This document shows positions 52,987 through 62,481 of a DNA stretch of 64,000 nt, one piece after another. A program made the translations under genes and the position numbers. Under the pieces are notes generated by a model. That model did no database searches. It was not told the DNA's origin and saw only the letters and a list, made by a program, of their open reading frames with translations. The stretch comes from a virus: positions 1 to 64,000 of the IMG/VR virus record IMGVR_UViG_3300021437_000013; one strand, given 5' to 3'. Within the stretch, counting starts at the first letter, position 1. Every line of letters starts with the position of its first letter.

Positions 52987-54585
52987 ATGGAAAAGCCAAA
53001 GTTTAACCCCAATGCTCCATTCCAAGCTGCTGAGAAACCTAAGTTTGACCCGTCTCAACCGCATGAGATAGTTCCCTCTAATCCTCAACAAGAGGAACCT
53101 AATTATATTGAATCATTAGGAAGAGGGTTACTACAAGGTGGAACACTAGGATTTTCAGATGAAGCAACTGGCGGGGTTCAAGCTTTAGTAGATGCTATAA
53201 AGAAAGGCAGTATGTCAGACATTAGCGATGACTATACTAAACATACGGAAGAGTCAAGACAAGCTAATGCAGCAGCACAAAAAGCTAACCCTATAACTTA
53301 CAAGAGCGGTGACATTATCGGTATGTTAGCCCCGTTCTTAATGTCAGGTGGTGCGGCAGCAGGTGTTAAAGGTGCAGCGGCCGTTGGTGGCGGTGTATCA
53401 GCTTTAAACGCATTAGGTACATCAGAGAATCAATCAGCGGAAGATGCTACAAAGAATGCTTTATTAGCAGGTGCAATTGGAGCAGGTACTGGAGCAGCGG
53501 CAGAAGCAGTGGCACCAGAACTATCATCTTTAGTAAGTAAATATTTAAGGGGTGGAGCAGAGAATCTAGCAGTTAAAGCAACTGGAGCTACAGCATCACA
53601 AGCTAAGAAGTTTGCACCAGAAGCCGGAGCAGAGTTATTAGATAAAGGATTCATTCAACCATTATCAACACCATCCGGACTTGTTGACCGTTTAACTAAA
53701 GCAGCTCAAGAATCGGGTGACACACTAAACAGCACTTTAGCAGATTTATCAGCTCAAGGCGGTAAGGTAAATAAATCAGACATTATTAAATCATTAGAGG
53801 ATAAAATAGCTGAACTTGGTAGTAATCCCGGTGAAGCTGATGTTGTTAAAAAACTATCTTCAATGAAAGAGGATATAATAGCATCTCCGGGGGATTCAGT
53901 ATCTTTAACAGATGCAGAAGCCATTAAACGTTCATTTGGTAAGAATATCAGTAATTGGATGGACCCAGAGAAAGCATCTGCAGCTAAGACTGTTTATGGT
54001 GCATATAAAAATGCAGTAGAAGATTCTGCTACGGCCATGAATCCCGATGTAGCTAATCAATTCTTACAAGCTAAAAAAGACTACGGATTAATAGCTCCAC
54101 TTAAAGAAGCTACAGAAAATACAGCTTTAAAAGCTCAACAATCGGCATTTGGTGGATTAGGTGATACAACTGACTTAGTGGCAGCATCTGCCCTTGGTGG
54201 AGGTCATGGAATGGCCACAGCAGGGGTTTTAGCAGCAAAGAAGGCTATCCTACCAATGGCATCTCAAACCCTCGCCTATGGGGCTAATACAGCGTCTAAA
54301 GCGGTGTCTGCAATGGGTGACTTAGTAGCTCCAGCGGCTTCAATGGCTGCAGCTCAAGTAAAACCTGCTGACCAATCAAAACATTTATATAGTATGAACA
54401 ATATGCAGTTAAACACTGTAGCGAATCAATTAGCGACTAACCCATCTACCAAAATCTATGCAGATTCTTTACAAGATGCAATAGCTAAAGGCGATGAACA
54501 ACGCAAGAACGCTACGTTATTTTCCATGCTACAAAACCCTGCGGCCAGAGATGCCGTAAGTGGAATTACAACACCTCAGGAGTAA
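52987..54585 (+). CDS. internal virion / DNA ejection protein candidate
   Basis: Duplicated EKPKFxP N-terminus, GLLQGGTLGFSDE and Gly/Ala-rich membrane-like helices. Confidence 0.65.
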   Translation: MEKPKFNPNAPFQAAEKPKFDPSQPHEIVPSNPQQEEPNYIESLGRGLLQGGTLGFSDEATGGVQALVDAIKKGSMSDISDDYTKHTEESRQANAAAQKANPITYKSGDIIGMLAPFLMSGGAAAGVKGAAAVGGGVSALNALGTSENQSAEDATKNALLAGAIGAGTGAAAEAVAPELSSLVSKYLRGGAENLAVKATGATASQAKKFAPEAGAELLDKGFIQPLSTPSGLVDRLTKAAQESGDTLNSTLADLSAQGGKVNKSDIIKSLEDKIAELGSNPGEADVVKKLSSMKEDIIASPGDSVSLTDAEAIKRSFGKNISNWMDPEKASAAKTVYGAYKNAVEDSATAMNPDVANQFLQAKKDYGLIAPLKEATENTALKAQQSAFGGLGDTTDLVAASALGGGHGMATAGVLAAKKAILPMASQTLAYGANTASKAVSAMGDLVAPAASMAAAQVKPADQSKHLYSMNNMQLNTVANQLATNPSTKIYADSLQDAIAKGDEQRKNATLFSMLQNPAARDAVSGITTPQE

Positions 54586-54587
54586 GT

Positions 54588-54878
54588 ATGGGAAATCTAA
54601 TTAATGACAAAGATTTATTTGAAAGAGTGCTAGACCGTTTGGATAGTATTGATGAAAGACTTAACAATGTTGATAAGACATTAGTAAAGCAAGAAATGAA
54701 TCTTGATGAGCATATGAAGCGTTCTGACTCTCTTGAAACTATGATCAATCACGTTAAGATGGACTTAGAGCCAGTAGAATCTCATGTGAAGAATGTTAAT
54801 TTAATCTTAAAGATAATTGGTATATTAGGTTCAAGTATATGTGCCATTTATTACGCTATAGAGATTTACAAGCATTAA
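54588..54878 (+). CDS. coiled-coil protein with C-terminal TM helix (XhlA/holin-like)
   Basis: Heptad region followed by LILKIIGILGSSICAIYYAI. Last gene of the late arm. Confidence 0.55.
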   Translation: MGNLINDKDLFERVLDRLDSIDERLNNVDKTLVKQEMNLDEHMKRSDSLETMINHVKMDLEPVESHVKNVNLILKIIGILGSSICAIYYAIEIYKH

Positions 54879-55276
54879 TCAATATCATAACTATTGTCTG
54901 GATATAAAGTATCAAACTCTTTATTGTCCAAGTCTTCAATAGATAGCATCTTTCTTTGTACTACGGCCCTAGAATAAATATCACGGTTCCTATCGTTATT
55001 CTTGTCAAAGCAAGCTTTCTTCCATTCAACAGTATCCATCATATTCTTAGTTACATCACCTTTAGCACCTGCGTTGATGTATTCCCCGACAAACTTATTA
55101 AGCCAAGCTTTTTCCTCATCGTTAAGTTTATTAGCGTAAGAAGCTATATCCATAATCTCTTCTCGTCTTGAATGAAGATTGTAAGCTGGGTCAAGATTGG
55201 GATACTTTACGTTTCGTCTACCCTTCTTCTTCGAACTCTTGTTCAGTAGAGCTTTCTCCTGTGCTTTCTTTCCCAT
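54875..55276 (-). CDS. hypothetical protein
   Basis: Probable start MGKKAQ. Its stop overlaps the convergent late-arm stop. Confidence 0.65.
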   Translation of the reverse strand: MGKKAQEKALLNKSSKKKGRRNVKYPNLDPAYNLHSRREEIMDIASYANKLNDEEKAWLNKFVGEYINAGAKGDVTKNMMDTVEWKKACFDKNNDRNRDIYSRAVVQRKMLSIEDLDNKEFDTLYPDNSYDID

Positions 55277-55916
55277 CTTTGATGCGTTTTTGTCTTTGTT
55301 CTTTAACATACTTACGACCTTCATTTATTATATATGTGTATACTTCTTTAGGAAATATATCGAATAGCTTCATATCAAGCAGAGTAACCATCAAATCATC
55401 TTTACCAATTCTTCTACAGCTTATTATTGACCTAAATGTATTCTCAAAAGAGTTATACCCAATAAGAGGGTGGTTATCTAACTCACAGAATAAAAGATAT
55501 TTGTAGTATAAAACATCAACTGGTATAGGATTCAATCCTTTCTTAAGTTTATAACGAGAAATAAACTTTTGAACTATATTATAGCTACTAAGTCTTATTG
55601 GCTTATGTAATTTAAGCTCTTGTTTCTTAATAAAGAACTCAATTGGCTTATCAATCTTAACTCTTTTAGCATCAAGACATTCAAATCTACTTAATAGAAT
55701 ACTAATAAAGAACTCTCTCTTTACTTTACGCTTAGTATACCAACAATAGAACTGGTAAATGTTTGAAATGGGAACTACATTATCGCCGGGATTAATGTCA
55801 TATCTTTGTAAGAACTCAGGAACATTAGTTACAATTGAATAATCTTCATCAACAAGATTCTCGCCTGATTCTAATGCCGCTAATAACTCTTCATCTGATA
55901 TTTTGTGCTTTACCAC
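55218..55916 (-). CDS. hypothetical protein with two winged-helix-like repeats
   Basis: FLQRYDINPGDNVVPISNIYQFYCWY and FISRYKLKKGLNPIPVDVLYYKYLLFC. Confidence 0.6.
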   Translation of the reverse strand: MVKHKISDEELLAALESGENLVDEDYSIVTNVPEFLQRYDINPGDNVVPISNIYQFYCWYTKRKVKREFFISILLSRFECLDAKRVKIDKPIEFFIKKQELKLHKPIRLSSYNIVQKFISRYKLKKGLNPIPVDVLYYKYLLFCELDNHPLIGYNSFENTFRSIISCRRIGKDDLMVTLLDMKLFDIFPKEVYTYIINEGRKYVKEQRQKRIKDGKESTGESSTEQEFEEEG

Positions 55917-56445
55917 GTTTTGCCTTCTTATTTTTAGCTTTTTCTATCATGTCGTTTAAATAGATAGTGTATTCTACCTCAAGAGTGGCAATAAGTAAAG
56001 GGGAAAGTTCTGTAAATGTATTATTAATCTTCATTTCTTTGATTCTTTTGCGCATAAATCGTTCAGTATTACTTTTTAATGTATGGCAAGATGGGATATT
56101 GTTATTCTCACTAAGTTTAGTGGAGCATAACACTTGTAGATTAGAGGCATCACATACAATACCCTTTACAATTTCATCATAACTCATTTCTTCCTCAGAT
56201 GAATCAATGGGGATACAAGGGATAATATGGTCTACGGCCACATTCTTTTGAGGGAATAGTTCACCACATATAGCACACTTAAACCGTACTTGTTTCTTTT
56301 TACCAGTAGAACCATCTTTAAGCTTAAGAGGCGGTAGTTCAACTCTAGCCTTTTGAAGTACAGACTTATGACTTTCGGTCCTGCGAAAAGCCCTGCGAAT
56401 TCCTGCTTTGACAAGTCTTTTCATTTCAATGCTATTCCACTTCAT
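55891..56445 (-). CDS. HNH endonuclease
   Basis: CAIC, VAVDHIIP, NLQVLC and CHTLKS. Confidence 0.85.
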   Translation of the reverse strand: MKWNSIEMKRLVKAGIRRAFRRTESHKSVLQKARVELPPLKLKDGSTGKKKQVRFKCAICGELFPQKNVAVDHIIPCIPIDSSEEEMSYDEIVKGIVCDASNLQVLCSTKLSENNNIPSCHTLKSNTERFMRKRIKEMKINNTFTELSPLLIATLEVEYTIYLNDMIEKAKNKKAKRGKAQNIR

Positions 56446-56839
56446 TCATTACCTCTTCATGCCCAGCACTATCATATACTACTTCTCTTTTTTTACATAC
56501 TTCACAGAAGTAAATAGTCCTCACCATTGAAGTAGCAAGAATCTTGTACGGCCGTTGACAATCTTTACACTTATCTTCGTGTACTTCTTTAGCTTCTTTA
56601 TCAATCTTCTTTAATTTGTTTTCTTGTTTTAAGGCTTTAATAACCTTTTCGACTGGAACACCATCAAGTTTGTTATCAATAAAGCTGCGAGTTTTATCAA
56701 ATGCTTCTTGTAATGTTTTAAGTTCAGATATTAACTTCTGTTTATCAGACGCTAATCGTCTTATTTTTGATTTCAGTTCTTTTACTTCACCAGACTTACC
56801 ATCTTCTTTTGAAAATGATTTATGTTTACGACCCATCAT
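56432..56839 (-). CDS. coiled-coil protein with C-terminal zinc ribbon
   Basis: CKDC...CEVC. Confidence 0.65.
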   Translation of the reverse strand: MMGRKHKSFSKEDGKSGEVKELKSKIRRLASDKQKLISELKTLQEAFDKTRSFIDNKLDGVPVEKVIKALKQENKLKKIDKEAKEVHEDKCKDCQRPYKILATSMVRTIYFCEVCKKREVVYDSAGHEEVMNEVE

Positions 56840-56849
56840 ATGGCCTTTG

Positions 56850-57349
56850 TTAAATGTTTTTCAATCCTTCTCTAATCTTCTGAATCTCAAGCATCATAAT
56901 AGTGTATAATGGCTTAATTTCAGGTCTGTTTAAGTAAAGATTAACGGGAAGGTAATTATTAACATTATCAAGGTTAAGTGCTGTATAATCAGCCATTTCA
57001 CTTGAATTTTGTACTAATAATACTCCATTCTCATTAATTTCTACTTGACACACATCATTAGTTGTTAGATTAACCACCCTAAAAGCAGATAAATATAAAT
57101 CACTTAAGAAAGTTTCTGGATATTGGTACATAAAATCCTCCTAAAAGTGTATTAAACTGGGCCAAAATCAATTCTGGTCTTAGGAAGCTGTACTGGTTCA
57201 CCTTGGTCAAATTGAGGTGCCTCTTCATCTTGGTATTCAGATATAAGAATTTCAATCTTCTTTTGTTGCTCATTCCATGCCAATTCGGCAAGGTCATAAG
57301 CTTGAATAGAACAATCAGGGAATTGTGAAATAAAGTCTTTAAAAGTCAT
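56850..57349 (-). CDS. two hypothetical proteins (56850-57131 and 57152-57349)
   Basis: Each has an AGGAGG RBS. Confidence 0.6.
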
Positions 57350-57358
57350 AAATCCTCC

Positions 57359-58006
57359 TTAAATATACTGCTTACGGCAAGAATACCACATTTGAAGGTC
57401 ACTTTCAAGAGCAATTTTAGTAGTATCATTAATAACTACTAAATCATATCTATCATTCAATTGCTCAAGCTCTGATTGATGCGCTAATTCCCGTTTAAAC
57501 GCATTTGAAATGACTGGCCTATCCAAATACATCAATATAGCTCCAAGAGCCTTTAAAGCGGCTCTTTCGCTGTTAAAACGTGCATCTGTAACAATGACAT
57601 GCCCATCAATGCTCTTAATCTTATTTAAAGTGATATCAATCCAAATATTAGCATCAACAAGATTTCTGCATAAGTCAGTACCAATAAAGGTTAAAGCGTG
57701 TCTTGGTGAGGTAATAGTAGTATTCTCATACTCAATGAATCTTGAGGGAGTAACCTCAATACCAAACTCGTTAAGCTCAAATGCCAAGTTGGCCGCTAAG
57801 TCTTTATTGAATAAGAAGGGGATATCAAAATCTTTATCTTTCAAGGTAGTTTCATGGAAGTAGGTAATGGGAAGTTGCAACACTTTACTACAGACTTCTT
57901 TAAGGGTATCCGCAAATGCTACTCTGGTAAAACCAAGCTTATTAACGAACATACTTCCCACTACGTCTTTTCCACTTCCGGCCAAGGCTGATACTGATAT
58001 AATCAT
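57359..58006 (-). CDS. deoxynucleoside monophosphate kinase
   Basis: ALAGSGKD, VAFADTLK, PRHALTFIGTD, VTDARF and HQSE. Confidence 0.9.
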   Translation of the reverse strand: MIISVSALAGSGKDVVGSMFVNKLGFTRVAFADTLKEVCSKVLQLPITYFHETTLKDKDFDIPFLFNKDLAANLAFELNEFGIEVTPSRFIEYENTTITSPRHALTFIGTDLCRNLVDANIWIDITLNKIKSIDGHVIVTDARFNSERAALKALGAILMYLDRPVISNAFKRELAHQSELEQLNDRYDLVVINDTTKIALESDLQMWYSCRKQYI

Positions 58007-58008
58007 GT

Positions 58009-58902
58009 TTACTCCAATTTCATTTCTTTTAGTATATGACAAATAACGTCAACTGTCCATCCATCCCCTAATAAATCTTGCGCTTGTGGATAAGATACAC
58101 ATTTTGTATATCCCACAGGAACAGTTTGAGCTTGTTCTAATTCTTCTCTGGTTAAGTATCTGCAAAAATCCTCAAATTGAACTAACCCAGAATTAGGAGA
58201 GCGGTCTTGTTTTCTTGTTAGACATTGAACTTTATCAGCATAAGTAACATTAGCACAACCAGAAAGTGCGCCATTTCGTCCTTTCCCTTCTCTCCACATT
58301 TTAACTCTTGATGGAGTATTTTTTACTTTATACAAAGATTCAATCTTGGTATTTTTTTCTTTAAAATCTTGAAAAGAGATATTCTTATCTTTTGGGATAG
58401 TGATATTTGGTATATTACTCCAATATACTCTTGGTCTACTTTGAAAAGAAACTAAGTTGCTATTTATTGCAATTCCAGTTACTCCTAAATACTCATCTAA
58501 TTGTGATTTACTTTCTTTTTTCATAATAACATTTTCTAATAAAAAGTAAGTAGGATTTATTTCTTTTAGTAATCTCAAATATTCATAAAACAACTTAGAC
58601 TTGTCGCCGCTTAATCCCTTACCATTAACTTTTAGTAAAGAAAAGTCTTGACATGGTGAACCACCAATTAACAAATCAATCTTTCCAACATTAAATACTC
58701 CATTTTCAGTAGTCAATATACCATCTTTATAAGATACTTTTGTTACGTCACCGATGTGTATAGTTTTTGGGTAATTAGATAATGTTACTTTTATAGCTAA
58801 CTTTTTTATTTCGGAAGCGTAGTAATTATCATAATGAATACCTAACCTATTTAATGCGATTTGTCCACATGACATACCATCAAATAAGCTCAGTACGTTC
58901 AT
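58009..58902 (-). CDS. DNA (cytosine-5) methyltransferase
   Basis: VLSLFDG, GGSPCQ, FLLENV, QSRPRVYW and LGDGW. Confidence 0.93.
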   Translation of the reverse strand: MNVLSLFDGMSCGQIALNRLGIHYDNYYASEIKKLAIKVTLSNYPKTIHIGDVTKVSYKDGILTTENGVFNVGKIDLLIGGSPCQDFSLLKVNGKGLSGDKSKLFYEYLRLLKEINPTYFLLENVIMKKESKSQLDEYLGVTGIAINSNLVSFQSRPRVYWSNIPNITIPKDKNISFQDFKEKNTKIESLYKVKNTPSRVKMWREGKGRNGALSGCANVTYADKVQCLTRKQDRSPNSGLVQFEDFCRYLTREELEQAQTVPVGYTKCVSYPQAQDLLGDGWTVDVICHILKEMKLE

Positions 58903-59252
58903 TATAACCACCCATCAAGTAAATGAATCTCACCAGATGGTACATCATTAGAAGTAGATGGGCCGTGGTGTAAATCATGTAATCCTGCAGCTAACTTTAA
59001 ACTATGTTCATTAGCAAATGAAAGATTCTTTTTACAATACTTAACCAACAAATCTTCTCTAACTACTTTGTAGTCATTATCGTTAAGCTTAATTTTAGTA
59101 ATGTTTAAAGCTTGTGTATTAGATAAGAACTCAACTTCTAAACCAGTTTCAAGTATAATATACTCGTAAAAGGATAAAAGAGGGTCTTGGTGCTTGTTTG
59201 TACTTAAGAAGATGTTCTTAATGTCTTTTGGGTTAAATTTTAGTATTTTCAT
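58902..59252 (-). CDS. hypothetical protein
   Basis: Coupled ORF. Confidence 0.6.
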   Translation of the reverse strand: MKILKFNPKDIKNIFLSTNKHQDPLLSFYEYIILETGLEVEFLSNTQALNITKIKLNDNDYKVVREDLLVKYCKKNLSFANEHSLKLAAGLHDLHHGPSTSNDVPSGEIHLLDGWL

Positions 59253-59593
59253 TCATGCTCCTTTAATAGAAAAAACGTTTGCATATCTATAGCACATTTA
59301 ATAATACTGTGCCATTCTCTTGAAAATAATGTAGCTGTAATCTCTTCTAACTGTTCAGCGGTAATATTAGCAGAGTCAATATTACATTGTGCTAAGAATC
59401 CGTGCCAAAGCTCATGAAGTGCCGTGTCTAATAGAATCTCATCAGCTCTAAAGTGGATTTCTTTATATGCAGGGATAGTAATACCGCCACAATTACCATA
59501 CTTCAATTTAAAGGTTTTTGCTGCGTGACAACGTGCAGTCCAATCAGCCCCGAGTATTTTAAAATGATAAATGTTATTTTTTCGTTTAGCCAT
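59249..59593 (-). CDS. small zincin-like metallopeptidase
   Basis: DTALHELWHG and a downstream EE. Confidence 0.7.
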   Translation of the reverse strand: MAKRKNNIYHFKILGADWTARCHAAKTFKLKYGNCGGITIPAYKEIHFRADEILLDTALHELWHGFLAQCNIDSANITAEQLEEITATLFSREWHSIIKCAIDMQTFFLLKEHE

Positions 59594-59611
59594 AATATCC
59601 TCAGAGTAACA

Positions 59612-60001
59612 TTATTTCTTATCGTTGTCAATAATAGCAACAATCTTTTTAGTCATCATTCTCCAACCTTCAAGTTGTGCTTCGATAGTGGCATCAGAGA
59701 AGTATTTTTGAATCTTCTGTAGCTTCATTAATGACCAAGCTCCCTCGTCAAGTAGCACTCTTGAGACAGCACTATCAATCTTGTCAAGGTCTAATGAGCG
59801 TGAGTTACATTCGTCAAGGAACTCAGTATGACTATCAGTCTCGTAGACAGGTACGAATTTAGCATTAGGGAAACCGTGTTCAGGTTTAAGGATACTATAC
59901 TTATTGTTCTTCTTATGAATCATTTCATCTTTACCAGAGTATATATTTCTGATAGGTTCATAGAAGTATTCAACATCTTTAAGTTTAGCTAATAGGCTCA
60001 T
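59612..60001 (-). CDS. hypothetical protein
   Basis: Probable start MSLLAK behind AGGAG. Confidence 0.6.
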   Translation of the reverse strand: MSLLAKLKDVEYFYEPIRNIYSGKDEMIHKKNNKYSILKPEHGFPNAKFVPVYETDSHTEFLDECNSRSLDLDKIDSAVSRVLLDEGAWSLMKLQKIQKYFSDATIEAQLEGWRMMTKKIVAIIDNDKK

Positions 60002-60009
60002 AGTGTCTC

Positions 60010-60738
60010 CTATAGTTTTCCTATCCATCGTCCAGAAGTATCAAGCACCATAGGTATTAAAATTGGTTTAGAGTCGATAATAACAGAAGTTCCAATAACT
60101 GGTCGGCTTAAGTTAAGCTTATCATATGCAAATGCCAAAGATTTCTTATCAATTAAACAACCTGACTGTAAAGAGAATAATAGATTCTTCGGATTACCTA
60201 CATAATCAATTCTAAAGTCTTGGTGGAAGTGAAATTGAACTGTATTGATTCCTCTTTGTGTAGCAAGCTTTATACCATTCTTGACCATACCATGACAAAA
60301 ATAACATTCTTGGCCGTTAGGTAATATTACAGTTAGGTCATTAACCCATTGCCATTTATCGCTTACACCGTACACTTGTTGTTGTGTAGCTAAGAATTTC
60401 ATAGGGATACCGTTTATCTTAAACTTACGAGTAATCATACTTCCATGATTAGAATCTAATAAAATCATCTCAGGAAATAACTTCTCTAACTTTTTAATCT
60501 TCTCTAAGCCAAGTTTTAACTCATCTCCGGCAGAAGGTAAATCCAAATCGGACGGGTGGAAAGAGGCGTTGTGGAAATCCAACTCATCACCCCCATTAAC
60601 TACCAATGTAGGATTGTATTTTTTCTTTATAGCTGCTAAAAACTTGAACATATCTGGATGTTCATAAGGCATGTGTTGGTCAGAAATACAAAGTATTCTT
60701 CTTGTGTCTAAATCTTTCATTTTAGTTGTCTTCGCCAT
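60010..60738 (-). CDS. calcineurin-like metallophosphoesterase
   Basis: ISDQH, GGDELD, SNHG, FCHG and FHFH. Confidence 0.88.
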   Translation of the reverse strand: MAKTTKMKDLDTRRILCISDQHMPYEHPDMFKFLAAIKKKYNPTLVVNGGDELDFHNASFHPSDLDLPSAGDELKLGLEKIKKLEKLFPEMILLDSNHGSMITRKFKINGIPMKFLATQQQVYGVSDKWQWVNDLTVILPNGQECYFCHGMVKNGIKLATQRGINTVQFHFHQDFRIDYVGNPKNLLFSLQSGCLIDKKSLAFAYDKLNLSRPVIGTSVIIDSKPILIPMVLDTSGRWIGKL

Positions 60739-60976
60739 GTTCCATTTCTCCTTTAACTTCTTTTAATTTATCTCTTGCTTTCTTATATAATCCAAAATAC
60801 ATTCTATGAGCTTCATCCAAGTCTAACAGTATAAACTTCAATGAACGGTAATCTTTATAAACCTGTAATGCTTTCTTAGCTGTAGATATAGCTTTAAGAA
60901 TATCTGTAATCTCTGTTACAGCCTTTTCAAGCTTCTTAATCTTATGCTTAGAACCTATCTCAAGTAAATTTGTCAT
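60722..60976 (-). CDS. hypothetical protein
   Basis: Coupled ORF. Confidence 0.6.
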   Translation of the reverse strand: MTNLLEIGSKHKIKKLEKAVTEITDILKAISTAKKALQVYKDYRSLKFILLDLDEAHRMYFGLYKKARDKLKEVKGEMEHGEDN

Positions 60977-61413
60977 TTAAGCATACCAACAATATGTTTA
61001 TTCAACTCTATTAAATCATTCTGGTCAAAATTATAACATATAGTAGTAATGTTTGCAAGTCTAAATATCTCTGCTGATAGACTATTTTCTCTATGCTTTA
61101 AGTAAAAGATAAACTTAATACCTGAATAGGCTATGAGTCTTGCACATTCCGGACAAGGGTAAAGGGTGGTATATAATATACTGTTCCATAAGTTTTCTTT
61201 AGCATTAACTATGGCCGCTTGTTCTGCATGAATAACATAGTTATGCTTCTCGTCAGAATCCCACTTAGTAGTAGGTATGTCTTTTGTGAATTGATTGTAA
61301 CCAGTAGATATGATTTTATCATTGTTTTTGGAGACAATTACCGCACCAACTTTAGTTTTTGGATCAGGTGACTGTTGAGCTTCTATTAAAGCAAGTAACA
61401 TCATTGACTTCAT
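60973..61413 (-). CDS. dCMP deaminase
   Basis: SPDPKTKVGAVIV, TGYN, HAEQAAI and PCPECA. Confidence 0.92.
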   Translation of the reverse strand: MKSMMLLALIEAQQSPDPKTKVGAVIVSKNNDKIISTGYNQFTKDIPTTKWDSDEKHNYVIHAEQAAIVNAKENLWNSILYTTLYPCPECARLIAYSGIKFIFYLKHRENSLSAEIFRLANITTICYNFDQNDLIELNKHIVGMLK

Positions 61414-61579
61414 AGATACCCCAATAGGATAGCATCTTCAAATAATATAAAGTTCTTTAAGAAGTTATTATTATAATATTCATCTATATTACCAAGAGTA
61501 ACATGAAAATAATCCTCTTCTGCCAGTTTGATAAACATAAACAAGTCTTTACGAGGTACATAATATACCGCTTCTAATA

Positions 61580-61762
61580 TCATTTTGACTTCCTTTTACA
61601 ATCAACAAGCTCGGTTGATATCTGCTTAATTTCATTAGATGCAAAAATAAGCATCTTATCTTGGTTCCTCTTCATACCTGCTATCTCGATGTATTGCAGC
61701 TTAATGACGTAGTATTGAGTTAAGCAAACAGCGGATAGGATAGCAATGATTAGTAGTTTCAT
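61580..61762 (-). CDS. small membrane-anchored protein
   Basis: Hydrophobic N-terminus and a GAGG RBS. Confidence 0.55.
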   Translation of the reverse strand: MKLLIIAILSAVCLTQYYVIKLQYIEIAGMKRNQDKMLIFASNEIKQISTELVDCKRKSK

Positions 61763-61779
61763 AAATACCTCTTATGTCA

Positions 61780-61808
61780 ACTTTAGCATAGTAAGAATTA
61801 GGAGTCAA
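61780..61808 (-). promoter_or_regulatory. sigma70-type promoter
   Basis: TTGACT-17 (ending TGC)-TAAAGT. Confidence 0.6.
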
Positions 61809-62481
61809 CTTTATTTGTGATGGCTTGTATCCTGTTTTCCGCTATTTTAAAGTATGCCTCATCTTTTTCTATACCTATGAATTTACGATTAAGATTTTTA
61901 CAGGCTAAGCCTGTAGTTCCAGAACCCATAAATGGGTCTAATACTATTTGATTTTCATTACTGTGAATCTTAACCAAATCTTCCATCAATTTAAGGCTTT
62001 TCTGTGTGGGGTGTAATCCTTTATCTATTGAATGTACAAATTTAGGCCTTTGGTATTTATCATCTTGTCTATTAAATACCCACTTAGCACCTTTTTTTGT
62101 AAACCAGATAGCACATTCATAGTCTGTAATATATCGCCTATCTCTATTTCTAGGCATGGGGTTAGATTTTTCAAGTCTAATCATATCTTTAGTGTCGAAT
62201 CCATTTGCTTCCGCAAACTTAGATATATCTCCTAAGTTCTTCCAATCATTGAAGCATATAAAACTACCGTTCTTGTTTAAAATTCTATTCACTTCAACAA
62301 TATAAGATAAAATATCAGCATCTTTATCCCATTCACCGAAATCTATCCCTGCCCTACCCATAGTATTAAAATTATTATCTCTAGCTATATTGTATGGAGG
62401 GTCTGTTAAAACCAGATCAACGCTCCCTGTTTTTATGCTTTTCAAAAGGTCTAAACAATCGCCATTCAATAAATTAATCAT
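61798..62481 (-). CDS. DNA N6-adenine/N4-cytosine methyltransferase (beta class)
   Basis: LTDPPY, HPTQK and LDPFMGSGTT. Confidence 0.93.
   Translation of the reverse strand: MINLLNGDCLDLLKSIKTGSVDLVLTDPPYNIARDNNFNTMGRAGIDFGEWDKDADILSYIVEVNRILNKNGSFICFNDWKNLGDISKFAEANGFDTKDMIRLEKSNPMPRNRDRRYITDYECAIWFTKKGAKWVFNRQDDKYQRPKFVHSIDKGLHPTQKSLKLMEDLVKIHSNENQIVLDPFMGSGTTGLACKNLNRKFIGIEKDEAYFKIAENRIQAITNKVDS

Noticed and set aside
571-61413. Modified-base (non-canonical nucleotide) pathway
   Set aside because: dUTPase, ThyX, dCMP deaminase, dNMP kinase and NrdJ form an ordinary dNTP/dTTP supply set. No hydroxymethylase, PurZ, queuosine-pathway or glycosyltransferase gene was recognised.
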